A stretch of 64,000 nucleotides of DNA, taken from IMG/VR virus record IMGVR_UViG_3300008262_000018, positions 1-64,000 of that record, one strand, 5' to 3'. The notes under the pieces are model-generated. The model worked only from the letters and a program-made list of their open reading frames with translations. It was not told the DNA's origin and did not search any database. This DNA comes from a virus. Made by a program: the position numbers and the translations under genes. Of this stretch, positions 9,456-18,963 are shown one piece after another. The first letter of the stretch is position 1; each line of letters opens with the position of its first letter.

Positions 9456-9662
9456 ATGAACAGTCCCCTACATCTTAAGAAAATCGAGATTCTTACAAGA
9501 CTTATAAAGGAAGAAGCTGTTACTCTGAAAGAAGCTTTACTTCTTTTAAAAGAAGAGGATCTTGACCAAGATAATTATGAATATTTATTAAATGATTCAT
9601 CATATTGGACAAAAGATTTAACAAATCGTGTCATATATTTTGATAGAGATATTTCAAATTAG
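9456..9662 (+). CDS. Hypothetical protein
   Basis: Fills the gap between terminase and portal. Confidence 0.6.
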   Translation: MNSPLHLKKIEILTRLIKEEAVTLKEALLLLKEEDLDQDNYEYLLNDSSYWTKDLTNRVIYFDRDISN

Positions 9663-9667
9663 AAAAA

Positions 9668-12421
9668 ATGCAAGTATATAATGCTCTTGATTTAAAAGGT
9701 GGTAAGAAAAGTGAGTATACCAAAATGGGTACTCTCACCCAACCTATTCAATTTATATCTGATAAAGAAAAGGATGATCAATGGCGTGCTTGGAACTTAG
9801 ATTGGTTAGAATGGCAAGGACTAAAACAACTTAGGCGTAATGCGCGTAGGTTGATGAAAAACTACAAGCTTGCAAGAGGTATTATAGACAAAACAGATTA
9901 TATTGTTGAAGAGGATAATGAAATGGCTGATTTGATTGACACTCTTACAAAAGAGGATGTGTCAGCATTTGAGCTTAAGTTCTATCCTATTATTCCTAGT
10001 GTAGTGAATGTGCTTTGTAATGAGTTTTCAAAGCGTAGTTCACGTATTATGTTTAAAGCTGTTGATGACATTTCTTATAATGAAATGTTAGAAGCTAAAC
10101 GACAAATGATTGAAGAAGTTCTTCTTGAGGATGTAAAAAGGAAAACTATTTTTACAAAAATGAATGCTGGTATTGAAGTTTCTGAAGAAGAAAGACAACA
10201 AGCATCAGATCCAGAAGCTTTAAAAAGACTTCCTGAAATAGAAGGATTTTTTAGAAAAGATTACCGTTCAATGATTGAGCAATGGGCTACGCACCAAATG
10301 GCTAATGATGAAGAAAGATTTAAAATGCAAGAACTTGAGGAGCGTGGATTTAGAGATATGCTTATTACAGATAGAGAGTTTTGGCATTTTAGATTGATGG
10401 AAGATGATTATGAACTTGAACTTTGGAACCCTCTTCTTACATTTTATCATAAATCTCCTGATACAAGATATATATCCCAAGGTAATTGGGTAGGAAAAAT
10501 TGATTTGATGTCTGTTGCTGATGTAATAGATAAGTATGGTTGGATGATGAATCAAGAACAAATGGAAGCTCTTGAAGCCATCTATCCTATTCGTTCTGCT
10601 GGATATATCATTCCAGGTATGCAGAATGATGGATCATATTATGATGCTACAAAATCTCATGAGTGGAATACGCATATGCCAAGTCTTGGGTATAGACAAT
10701 TTATGTCTTTGTATGATAGTAGATTTTTTGGTCAAGGAGATATCATACATATGATACTTTCTGATTCAGAAGACTTTGCTGATTTTGGTCAAAACTATCT
10801 TCTTCGTGTTTCTACAATATATTGGAAATCACAACGTAAGGTGGGCCATCTTACAAAAATTACTGATGAAGGAGAAATTATACAAGATATTATTTCTGAA
10901 GATTATAAAATAACAGATAAACCTGTTTATAATACAAATGTTTACAAACAAAAATCAAAAGAAAATTTAATATTTGGAGAGCATGTAGATTGGATATGGA
11001 TTAATGAAGTTTGGGGTGGTATAAAAATTGGTCCAAATCGTCCAGCGTTTTGGGGTATGAATAACATGGGTGGTATTAATCCTATTTATATAGGTATGAA
11101 TGGTGGTAAACCTGGTAGAGTGCCATTCCAATTTAAAGGAGATGAAACTCTTTATGGATGTAAACTTCCTGTAGAGGGGGCTGTGTTCGGTGATCGCAAT
11201 ACGCGATCAATAAGTCTTGTAGACTTAATGAAGCCATATCAGATTGGGTATAACATTGTAAATAACCAAATTGCTGATATCCTTGTAGATGAATTAGGTA
11301 CAGTGATTATGCTTGACCAAAATGCTCTTCCTCGTCACTCTCTTGGAGAAGATTGGGGTAAGAATAATTTGGCTAAGGCATATGTAGCAATGAAGAATTT
11401 CCAAATGCTTCCTCTGGATACTAGTATCACTAATACAGAGAATGCTCTTAATTTTCAGCATTATCAAGTGTTAAACTTAGAGCAAACACAACGTTTGATG
11501 TCTAGGATACAGCTTGCTAACTATTTTAAACAACAAGCTTTTGAAGTGATAGGATTAAATCCACAACGTATGGGTCAACCTATTGCACAACAACAAACAG
11601 CTACTGGTATAGAACAAGCAATGAGTGCTAGTTATGCTCAAACAGAACAGTATTTTACACAACATAGTGATAATTTAATGCCTCGTGTACATCAAATGCG
11701 TACAGATCTTGCACAATATTATCATTCTAAGAAACCAAGTTTACGTTTACAATATATCACTACAGCTGATGAAAAAGTAAACTTTCAAATAAATGGTTCA
11801 GAACTACTGCTTAGGGATTTAAATATTTATTGCACAACAAAAACAAATACACGTGCTGTAATGGAACAACTAAAACAGTTGGCTATACAAAACAATACAA
11901 CAGGTGCTTCTATTTATGATCTTGGTAATATTATTAAATCTGAATCTATAGCAGAACTTACAGGAGTTCTTAAAGCTGCTGAACAAAAAACAATGGATGC
12001 TAAACGCTCTGAACAAGAACATCAACAAAAGATGCAGCAAGAAATGTTGGCAGCACAAGAAAAAGAAAAGCAAATGGAAATGCAATTTAAAGCAGAGCAA
12101 GCAGATCTTGATAGACAAAATAATATTATTGTTTCAGAAATTCGTTCAGCTGGTTTTGGTTCTCAATCAGATATAAATCAAAATTTACAATCTGATTATC
12201 TTGATGCTATGGAAAGGATTGAAGATGAACAACGATACAACGATCAAATGAATTTAAAAAGAGAATCTGAAATAGTAAGAAAAGAACAAGGGGAACAAAA
12301 ATTAAATATAGAAAGACAAAAGCTACAAACACAACGTGAAATAGCAGATAAGCAATTGCAAATAGCTAAAGAAAATAAGAATAAATACGATGTTAAAAAA
12401 TCTTCTGAAAAGAAGAAATAA
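9668..12421 (+). CDS. Portal protein (crAss-like)
   Basis: 917 aa; FYPII...N.L..EF, SLVDLMKPYQI.YNIV.NQI motifs; long coiled-coil C-terminus; synteny. Confidence 0.88.
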   Translation: MQVYNALDLKGGKKSEYTKMGTLTQPIQFISDKEKDDQWRAWNLDWLEWQGLKQLRRNARRLMKNYKLARGIIDKTDYIVEEDNEMADLIDTLTKEDVSAFELKFYPIIPSVVNVLCNEFSKRSSRIMFKAVDDISYNEMLEAKRQMIEEVLLEDVKRKTIFTKMNAGIEVSEEERQQASDPEALKRLPEIEGFFRKDYRSMIEQWATHQMANDEERFKMQELEERGFRDMLITDREFWHFRLMEDDYELELWNPLLTFYHKSPDTRYISQGNWVGKIDLMSVADVIDKYGWMMNQEQMEALEAIYPIRSAGYIIPGMQNDGSYYDATKSHEWNTHMPSLGYRQFMSLYDSRFFGQGDIIHMILSDSEDFADFGQNYLLRVSTIYWKSQRKVGHLTKITDEGEIIQDIISEDYKITDKPVYNTNVYKQKSKENLIFGEHVDWIWINEVWGGIKIGPNRPAFWGMNNMGGINPIYIGMNGGKPGRVPFQFKGDETLYGCKLPVEGAVFGDRNTRSISLVDLMKPYQIGYNIVNNQIADILVDELGTVIMLDQNALPRHSLGEDWGKNNLAKAYVAMKNFQMLPLDTSITNTENALNFQHYQVLNLEQTQRLMSRIQLANYFKQQAFEVIGLNPQRMGQPIAQQQTATGIEQAMSASYAQTEQYFTQHSDNLMPRVHQMRTDLAQYYHSKKPSLRLQYITTADEKVNFQINGSELLLRDLNIYCTTKTNTRAVMEQLKQLAIQNNTTGASIYDLGNIIKSESIAELTGVLKAAEQKTMDAKRSEQEHQQKMQQEMLAAQEKEKQMEMQFKAEQADLDRQNNIIVSEIRSAGFGSQSDINQNLQSDYLDAMERIEDEQRYNDQMNLKRESEIVRKEQGEQKLNIERQKLQTQREIADKQLQIAKENKNKYDVKKSSEKKK

Positions 12422-12470
12422 AATTATAGCTCTATTATCCATTGCTTTGTTCTTTTAAAATATGCATATT

Positions 12471-12531
12471 TAAATTTTTAAAATTTATTTTGTATATTTT
12501 AAATGTAGATATTACTAATATAAAAACCAAC
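12471..12531 (+). promoter_or_regulatory. Promoter with palindrome TAAATTT-TTA-AAATTTA and TAAAAACCAA leader
   Basis: Palindrome 12471-12487, GTATATTTTA at 12492, TAAAAACCAAC 12521-12531. Confidence 0.55.
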
Positions 12532-12535
12532 AAAC

Positions 12536-13783
12536 ATGAGTGAGAATCAATCAAATGTACAGACATCTGTAGAACAAGTAGATGTAGATATTGATAATTG
12601 GTTAGGAACCCCTGGTGCTGATAGTATACTAACACCATCTTCAGAACAAGTTGAAGACATTAAACCAAATATCTTTTCAAGTAAAAAACAAGATCTTAGT
12701 TTTTTAGATAAAGAAGATTCTGAAGATGGAGAAACATCTGAAGAAGAAAAAGAAAAAGCTAAAGAAGTTTTTAAAGAACTAGACAAAGAATTTTTAGATC
12801 AACCAGAAGAAGAACAAAAATCTAAAAGTGGTAGACCTAAAACAGATAGATCAGGTTTAGTTCAGTTTTTGAAAAAACGTATTGAATCAAACGAAATGTT
12901 TGCGTTTGATGATTACGATGAAAACAAAGAATCATTAGATGATTACTTAGCAAAACTTGGAGATAAAGATATTGATGAGCTTTGGAAAGCAAATATAGAT
13001 AATATGAAGCAAGAGGTGGCTTCTCAAACACCTCAACAGTTCTTTGAGTCTCTTCCTGAAGAGTTGCAATATGCAGCTAAGTATGTAGCCGATGGTGGTC
13101 AAGATCTTAAAGGATTATTTCAAGCATTAGCTCAAACAGAAGAAATTAGATCTTTAAATCCTGTAGATGATAATGATCAAGAAATGATCATTCGCTCTTA
13201 TCTTCAAGCTACGCAATTTGGTAATCCAGATGAAATTGAAGAAGAAATTGAAACTTGGAAAGATCTTGGAGTTCTTGAAAAGAAAGCAAAACAATTCAAG
13301 CCAAAGCTTGATATGATGCAAGAAGAAATTGTTCAAGCTCAACTTGCTGAACAAGAATACAGAAAGCAACAACAAGAACAAGCTGCACAATCATACATGC
13401 AAAATGTATTTGAAGCTCTTAGACCTGCTGAAATCAATGGTCTTAGACTTGATAAAAAAACACAAGCTCTTTTATATACAGGACTTGTTCAACCTCAATA
13501 TCCTTCTATCAATGGTCGTCCTACAAATCTTTTAGGACATCTTTTAGAGAGATATCAGTTTATTGAACCAAACTATCCTCTTATTGCTGAAGCTCTTTGG
13601 TTACTTTCTGATCCTGATTCATATAAAAATGAACTTAAGAAACAAGGTAAAAATGCTGCTGTTGAGCAAACAGTTAGACAGTTAAAAACAGAACAATCTA
13701 GAAAGAATGCTTCAACATACTATGAAGAAGAAGAACAAAGACCAAGAAAAATCGCTAAACCGCAAAATATTTTTAAACGTTAA
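12536..13783 (+). CDS. Putative capsid scaffold-like protein (crAss gene upstream of MCP)
   Basis: Very acidic N-terminus, helical/coiled-coil body, between portal and MCP. Confidence 0.7.
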   Translation: MSENQSNVQTSVEQVDVDIDNWLGTPGADSILTPSSEQVEDIKPNIFSSKKQDLSFLDKEDSEDGETSEEEKEKAKEVFKELDKEFLDQPEEEQKSKSGRPKTDRSGLVQFLKKRIESNEMFAFDDYDENKESLDDYLAKLGDKDIDELWKANIDNMKQEVASQTPQQFFESLPEELQYAAKYVADGGQDLKGLFQALAQTEEIRSLNPVDDNDQEMIIRSYLQATQFGNPDEIEEEIETWKDLGVLEKKAKQFKPKLDMMQEEIVQAQLAEQEYRKQQQEQAAQSYMQNVFEALRPAEINGLRLDKKTQALLYTGLVQPQYPSINGRPTNLLGHLLERYQFIEPNYPLIAEALWLLSDPDSYKNELKKQGKNAAVEQTVRQLKTEQSRKNASTYYEEEEQRPRKIAKPQNIFKR

Positions 13784-13813
13784 TTTAAATTCTAAACCCT
13801 AAAAAACAGAAAA

Positions 13814-15433
13814 ATGAGTACTCCAGTTTTAAACAATGGTATTTTTCTACGTGACACGCAGTATCACACTAGCTCTCACGTAGACTCTTACCACCTGGTG
13901 AACATGTTGAAGAGTGCAGAGCCTACTGACTTAGGTCCTGTTGACCTTTGGGCTATGGCTCAAAAGGTTGAAATGCCTCTTTATCAAATGTCCAGCTTTG
14001 GTGGTAAAAACGTTATCATGGTAGATAACGCACGTGGTGAATACAAGTGGCAAATTCCTGTTGCACAAGATCTTCCTTACATTGTAGAAGATATTGAAGC
14101 AGAGAATGCAACCAAAGGTATTGATGGTCAAACATTTAAAATCAAGTTAAACAGACGTATGTTTGGACATGGTGATATCATCACTTATGACAAATATAAC
14201 GGTGTGGAAATGTACATCACAGCTGATGATGTTATTCCTACTAACGATGGTTTTGTTTACACAGTACAGCTTGTAAACAACGACAACACTAAATATTTGG
14301 ATAACAAATATTTGAAAGTTGGTACAAAGGTATTTCGTAAAGGTAGTGCTCGTGGAGAATATGGTGAGCGTTTCTCAGATTTGGGAGATGTTCGTGCAGG
14401 TTTCCGTGAGTTCTATAACTATGTAGGTGGTGCTGAAGCTCACGTACACTATTCTATTTCTTCTCGTGCTGATCTTATGATGAAAGGTGGTATGAAAGCT
14501 GATGGAACTGTACCTGTAATTGAGCTTTGGAGAAACTTTGAAAAAACAAATGATCCTTCTATCACTAGCTTGGAAGATATGGCTGCTAAGCTTGGTAAGG
14601 ATTATGTAAAGAAAGCTTATCAATCAGGACAACTCACGCGTACTTTCTTGACTACACTTGAAGCTGCTCACCTGACTAAGATTGCTAATGACATCGAAAC
14701 CTACTTGATGTGGGGACAAGGTGGACGTATTAAGCAAGATGGTCCAGATGATCTGCGTCTTTCTGTGGGTCTTTGGAAGCAACTTGATAACTCTTACAAG
14801 CGTATCTACAACCGTGGTTCTTTCAATCTTGATCTGTTTAAATCTGAGATCTTCAACTTCTTCAATGGTCGTGTGGAGTTCAAAGGTCCAGATCCTCAAC
14901 GTTCTTTGATTGTTCAAACTGGTATTGGTGGTATGAAGCTTGTTAACGAAGCTATTAAGCGTGAAGCTGTTAACTCTGGTTTGGTTCTTAATGCTCATGA
15001 ACTTGGAGCTGTAACTGGTAAAGGTCTTGATCTAAACTTTGGATTTGCCTACACTAGCTACGTAATTCCTTTCTTGGCTAACGTTAAGTTTGTACTAAAT
15101 CCTGCATTTGATAACGTACACACTAATGATATTGAGAATCCAATCATTGATGGTTTCCCACTTTCTTCTTACAACTTTATCATTTTCGATATCACTGATA
15201 ACACAAATGATAACATCTACTTGTTGAAACTTTCTTGGGATAATCAACTTAAGTGGTTCTACCAAAATGGTACTATGGACTACATGGGTCGTACTCAAGG
15301 TTTCCAATCTAGTGGACAATTCAATGGATATCGCGTATTCATGACACAAACAATGCCTGCAATTTGGGTGAAAGATCCTACCAAGGTGTTGAAGATTGTT
15401 ATGCGCAATCCTGTTACTGGTGGTTCATTCTAA
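13814..15433 (+). CDS. Major capsid protein
   Basis: 539 aa; crAss-like synteny; strongly biased codon use (C-ending codons, CGT) suggesting high expression. Confidence 0.88.
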   Translation: MSTPVLNNGIFLRDTQYHTSSHVDSYHLVNMLKSAEPTDLGPVDLWAMAQKVEMPLYQMSSFGGKNVIMVDNARGEYKWQIPVAQDLPYIVEDIEAENATKGIDGQTFKIKLNRRMFGHGDIITYDKYNGVEMYITADDVIPTNDGFVYTVQLVNNDNTKYLDNKYLKVGTKVFRKGSARGEYGERFSDLGDVRAGFREFYNYVGGAEAHVHYSISSRADLMMKGGMKADGTVPVIELWRNFEKTNDPSITSLEDMAAKLGKDYVKKAYQSGQLTRTFLTTLEAAHLTKIANDIETYLMWGQGGRIKQDGPDDLRLSVGLWKQLDNSYKRIYNRGSFNLDLFKSEIFNFFNGRVEFKGPDPQRSLIVQTGIGGMKLVNEAIKREAVNSGLVLNAHELGAVTGKGLDLNFGFAYTSYVIPFLANVKFVLNPAFDNVHTNDIENPIIDGFPLSSYNFIIFDITDNTNDNIYLLKLSWDNQLKWFYQNGTMDYMGRTQGFQSSGQFNGYRVFMTQTMPAIWVKDPTKVLKIVMRNPVTGGSF

Positions 15434-15443
15434 TTATAACAGT

Positions 15444-15478
15444 ACCTGGGTTGCTTCCCGTAAGATCAGCACCCAGGT
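15444..15478 (+). other. GC-rich hairpin directly 3' of MCP (mRNA stabiliser or weak terminator)
   Basis: ACCTGGGT/ACCCAGGT stem extended by GCT/AGC. Confidence 0.55.
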
Positions 15479-15512
15479 CTTTATATATTAATAACAATTT
15501 AAAAACTAAACA

Positions 15513-15665
15513 ATGGCTGGAAATCCTAAAACTCCAAAATCTACAGCTCCTTCTTGGGCTGAAAAGTCTAAGTCTAAAGGTGTAATGGTAGGTGTTAATA
15601 AAGGTGCAACATTACCTGGAAACAAAACACAATCTACAGCTTCTGTAGGTAAAAAGAAAAAATAA
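15513..15665 (+). CDS. Small basic protein (50 aa, not in ORF track)
   Basis: MAGNPKTPKSTAPSWAEKSKSKG...VGKKKK; A-rich leader. Confidence 0.7.
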   Translation: MAGNPKTPKSTAPSWAEKSKSKGVMVGVNKGATLPGNKTQSTASVGKKKK

Positions 15666-15705
15666 CCCTTTGAAAACTAAGGGAATTTAACATATTCCTT
15701 TCCTA

Positions 15706-15763
15706 AACCTATTGTATGCGCACCAAGCAGATCACTTGGAGAGTTCGCAACTCTCATTAGGTT
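15706..15763 (+). promoter_or_regulatory. Putative multi-stem RNA element in the leader of ORF 15779
   Basis: AACCTA/TAGGTT closing stem enclosing CCAAG/CTTGG and GAGAGTT/AACTCTC hairpins. Confidence 0.5.
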
Positions 15764-15778
15764 CTAAATCATAAATAA

Positions 15779-16231
15779 ATGATTTCTTTAAAAAAACTCA
15801 TTCAAGTTCCTGGTAGTCCAGATATTGCTCTTAAGCAACAATGGAAGGAAAGTGAAGCAGCGCATGCGCGCATCGCGCACGTGAATAGACTCTCAAGAGA
15901 TGTCTATGATATTGTTACATATCATGTAGATATGGCTACTGGATCTGTAATTACTGTGCCAATTGAATCTAAAAAAGGAATTTTAGATATTGAAAATGCA
16001 GGTAGTGCAGCTACTAGTTTGTATATATATTTAAAGAATGATGAAATTACAGCAGATCGCACTAAATTTTATATTCAACTTTCTGTATATACGACAAATA
16101 CAGCAGTAACTCCAATTGCAATAGGTAGAGGAATTGCCCCTACTGAATTTTTAATTGAGATTAAAAATCTTGATGCAGCATCTTCTTGGGATAATTTGTA
16201 TCTTTATTACGAACTTGTTAAAATTGATTAA
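15779..16231 (+). CDS. Putative capsid-associated structural protein
   Basis: ARIAHVN motif followed by a beta-rich domain; downstream of MCP. Confidence 0.6.
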   Translation: MISLKKLIQVPGSPDIALKQQWKESEAAHARIAHVNRLSRDVYDIVTYHVDMATGSVITVPIESKKGILDIENAGSAATSLYIYLKNDEITADRTKFYIQLSVYTTNTAVTPIAIGRGIAPTEFLIEIKNLDAASSWDNLYLYYELVKID

Positions 16232-16232
16232 T

Positions 16233-16463
16233 ATGCAATTTGAAATCTTTACAAGAATTGGTAGAGTTATTCGTATTAAGAATAGGAAAGCTACTAACTT
16301 TACAAATGAGAATGACACATATCTTACTGTATTAGTAAAGGTGGATGGTAAAGTTGAGTCTTTAATGCTCACTGATGTTGAATTTGCTAAAGCTAAATCT
16401 AGAGCAGAAAAAAATAAAGAAGATCAGGTTAAACAAAGCCTCATCTCAAAAATATTAGACTAA
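16233..16463 (+). CDS. Hypothetical protein
   Basis: ATG at 16233 just after the upstream stop, in frame with track ORF 16155. Confidence 0.65.
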   Translation: MQFEIFTRIGRVIRIKNRKATNFTNENDTYLTVLVKVDGKVESLMLTDVEFAKAKSRAEKNKEDQVKQSLISKILD

Positions 16464-16508
16464 TTGGTTACATATTGTAACCATCTTATAAACCAATAAA
16501 AACCAAAC

Positions 16509-17525
16509 ATGAGTAGTGTAACTATCGTGGAGAAGTATCCACAAAACAAAAAATCAAGTATTGCTGTAAGACCTTTTTTTGATGCCAATGTAGATAACAT
16601 GGGGTTGCAAAAATATGGTTTAACGCTCTTTGATGGCGCTGTACATGAAGAACAACTTGCTTGTTTAGAGATTAACGGAATTAAACGTTACCTCACTGGA
16701 CTAAATGAGTTTGCTCCTGAAATTAAAGATCTTCCTTTAGATGAACAAGAAGCTAAAGTGAAAGAAATTAGAAAGGTAGTTTGCCATTTAGAAAAGGTGT
16801 TAGCAGCAAATGTTCTTGATCCTGAAGATGTAGACTTTTGGAATAAAGTTAAAATTGCTGGTCCTAATAACAGTAATCTTTGGGATAAGATTGTAATTCG
16901 TGTTGGAAATGAACCATTGCATTTAGAGCCAGAAAAAGATCCATATGATCTTATTAAACTATACGCAATTGAAGCTGGAGGATTTTCAATGGTTGCTAAG
17001 TCACTAGATGATGCTCGTAAGATGCCAGTTCCTCCTAAGTTCTTTTTAGATAAGTTGGAGGAAACAGTTTCTACAAATACAGAAGTTAAGAAGCTTAGAA
17101 ATAAATCTCTTGCTGAACTTCAAAAGCTCTTTGATAAGAATACAAATAAACTTTTCTATGTTGCTAAGCTATTAGATCCTAATAGTGCACAATATAAAAA
17201 GTCCACACCAAACGATGTTATTTATGATAACATGGATAAATACATCAATGGTGATCTTTTAGAAAAGAACAAACGCAAAACAGCAGAGAAGTTTCTTGAA
17301 GTTGTAGGACTAGATATGGAATCTCTTAAAATTCGTGCTCTTGTAAAAGATGCTCATTATTATAAGATGATTGCTACAAAAGCTGATGGATTCATCTATC
17401 ATATGGCTACCACTACAATGTTAGGACGTACACAATCTGATGTAGTGGAGTATCTTAAGAATCCTCTTAATGAAGAAATTCTTGTAGATCTTACTAAAAA
17501 AGTAGAACAATATTGGAATAAATAA
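16509..17525 (+). CDS. Conserved crAss-like capsid-module protein
   Basis: 338 aa ending VVEYLKNPLNEEIL; TAAAAACCAA leader; synteny. Confidence 0.7.
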   Translation: MSSVTIVEKYPQNKKSSIAVRPFFDANVDNMGLQKYGLTLFDGAVHEEQLACLEINGIKRYLTGLNEFAPEIKDLPLDEQEAKVKEIRKVVCHLEKVLAANVLDPEDVDFWNKVKIAGPNNSNLWDKIVIRVGNEPLHLEPEKDPYDLIKLYAIEAGGFSMVAKSLDDARKMPVPPKFFLDKLEETVSTNTEVKKLRNKSLAELQKLFDKNTNKLFYVAKLLDPNSAQYKKSTPNDVIYDNMDKYINGDLLEKNKRKTAEKFLEVVGLDMESLKIRALVKDAHYYKMIATKADGFIYHMATTTMLGRTQSDVVEYLKNPLNEEILVDLTKKVEQYWNK

Positions 17526-17542
17526 CTATTAAAATAAAAAAA

Positions 17543-17797
17543 ATGAAAAAGAAAACAATTACATCAAAATCTATTAAAAAGTATCAAGGTGGTGGAACTA
17601 CTATAACAACAACAATTCCTCATTCATTTGCTAAAGGTTTTAAAGTATCAAAGCCAAATCCTAAAACAATTTCACCTTTTGATTATAAAAGAAAAGCAGA
17701 AGATTTATTTAAAAACCCAGAACAACCTGTAAAGCCTACTCCTCCTTCGTATCGTATGAAAAAAGGTGGATCTATTACTAAGTCTAAAAAGAAATAG
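17543..17797 (+). CDS. Small basic protein with two GG motifs (KKYQGGG-TTITTT, MKKGG)
   Basis: Lys-rich ORF in tandem array. Confidence 0.7.
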   Translation: MKKKTITSKSIKKYQGGGTTITTTIPHSFAKGFKVSKPNPKTISPFDYKRKAEDLFKNPEQPVKPTPPSYRMKKGGSITKSKKK

Positions 17798-17799
17798 TT

Positions 17800-18003
17800 A
17801 TGGCAAAGAAAAGCATATCAATTGGAATTGATAAAGAAATGCAAGCTAAATGGGATCTTGATACACTTCGTCAAGCTAAAGAAATTGAAGCTAATAAAAG
17901 TAGATTAGCTGCTGCACAAAAATACGCAAAACAACAAGTTGCAATGCTTGGTGGTATTGTTTCCAAACCCATGACATCTCGCTCATCTTCTAAAAAGAAA
18001 TAA
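17800..18003 (+). CDS. Small basic protein
   Basis: Lys-rich; W-D-L..L..A.EI motif; tight spacing. Confidence 0.7.
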   Translation: MAKKSISIGIDKEMQAKWDLDTLRQAKEIEANKSRLAAAQKYAKQQVAMLGGIVSKPMTSRSSSKKK

Positions 18004-18004
18004 T

Positions 18005-18166
18005 ATGGCAGAGAAAAAATGGATTCAAGCAGCTACAAAAAGCATTAAAAAACGTGGTACTGAAGGTGTTTGTACTGGATCTAAATTTGGAGGTCCAACA
18101 TGTCGTCCTGGTACAAAACGTTATAATCTAGCTAAGACGTTTAAATCAATGGCTAAAAATAAATAA
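18005..18166 (+). CDS. Small basic protein (53 aa, not in ORF track)
   Basis: MAEKKWIQAATKSIKKRGTEGVCTGSKFGGPTCRPGTKRYNLAKTFK... Confidence 0.75.
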   Translation: MAEKKWIQAATKSIKKRGTEGVCTGSKFGGPTCRPGTKRYNLAKTFKSMAKNK

Positions 18167-18167
18167 A

Positions 18168-18317
18168 ATGGCTAAAGAAATGATAAAACGCAAGGATGGG
18201 TCCTATAGCCAACGTGGGCTATGGGACAACATTCGTGCAGCTAAAGGATCTGGTAAAAAGCCTACAGCTGAAATGCTTAAACAAGAAAAGAAAATAAAAG
18301 CTAAAACTAAAAAATAA
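18168..18317 (+). CDS. Small basic protein (49 aa, not in ORF track)
   Basis: MAKEMIKRKDGSYSQRGLWDNIRAAKGSGKKPT...; TAATG coupling to next gene. Confidence 0.75.
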   Translation: MAKEMIKRKDGSYSQRGLWDNIRAAKGSGKKPTAEMLKQEKKIKAKTKK

Positions 18318-18466
18318 TGGCAAACAAATCTTCTAAAAAATTTGCAGCTTTAGCACCTCCTTATAATAAGGCAACGTTTGCAGATAAAATTGCAGGTGCA
18401 AAAGGAAGTAAACCCAAAATGAAAATGGGTGGTAGTTGTGGAACTCCTAGACGTTTAAAAAAATAA
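18317..18466 (+). CDS. Small basic protein (49 aa, not in ORF track) with MKMGG motif
   Basis: MANKSSKKFAALAPPYNKATFADKIAGAKG...MKMGGSCG. Confidence 0.7.
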   Translation: MANKSSKKFAALAPPYNKATFADKIAGAKGSKPKMKMGGSCGTPRRLKK

Positions 18467-18468
18467 GA

Positions 18469-18714
18469 ATGCCAAAGGGAGCTAAAAAAGTATCAGCTGG
18501 TGGAGAAAAACATATAGTTTATAAAAAAACTATTGATAAAGGTAAGGGTAAGGTAGGAAACATTATGGTGAATCATCCTACTAAAGATAAAGGAGAATGG
18601 GACACGATTGATCTTACTAAAAAAGCTGGAGCAAAAACTGTAGCTCAAGGTGTTGCAGCAACAAAAAAATGGCATAAAGAAAATCCCTATCCAAAAGCTA
18701 AAAAGAAAAAATAA
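18469..18714 (+). CDS. Small basic protein
   Basis: Lys-rich 81 aa ORF, TAATG coupling to next gene. Confidence 0.75.
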   Translation: MPKGAKKVSAGGEKHIVYKKTIDKGKGKVGNIMVNHPTKDKGEWDTIDLTKKAGAKTVAQGVAATKKWHKENPYPKAKKKK

Positions 18715-18962
18715 TGGCAAAGTCTCCAGCTTGGCAACGTAAAGAAGGAAAATCACCCTCTGGTGGTTTAAATGCTAAGGGTAGAGCTTCTTATAATAGA
18801 GAGACAGGTGGTAATTTAAAACCACCTCAACCTCAAGGAGGTTCTAGAAAAAAGTCATTTTGTGCTAGAATGGAAGGGCACAAGAAAAAAAATACATCAG
18901 CTGAAACAGCTAGAGATCCTAATAGCAGAATAAACAAAGCTCTGCGTAAATGGAAATGTTAA
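18714..18962 (+). CDS. Small basic protein (DUF6321-like)
   Basis: AWQRKEGK..SGGLNAKGRASY...SFCARM.G...NSRINKALRKWKC. Confidence 0.75.
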   Translation: MAKSPAWQRKEGKSPSGGLNAKGRASYNRETGGNLKPPQPQGGSRKKSFCARMEGHKKKNTSAETARDPNSRINKALRKWKC

Positions 18963-18963
18963 T

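Noticed and set aside
7251-15433. Inteins or self-splicing introns in terminase, portal or capsid genes
   Set aside because: ORFs are uninterrupted, of expected size, and show no intein end motifs or homing endonuclease
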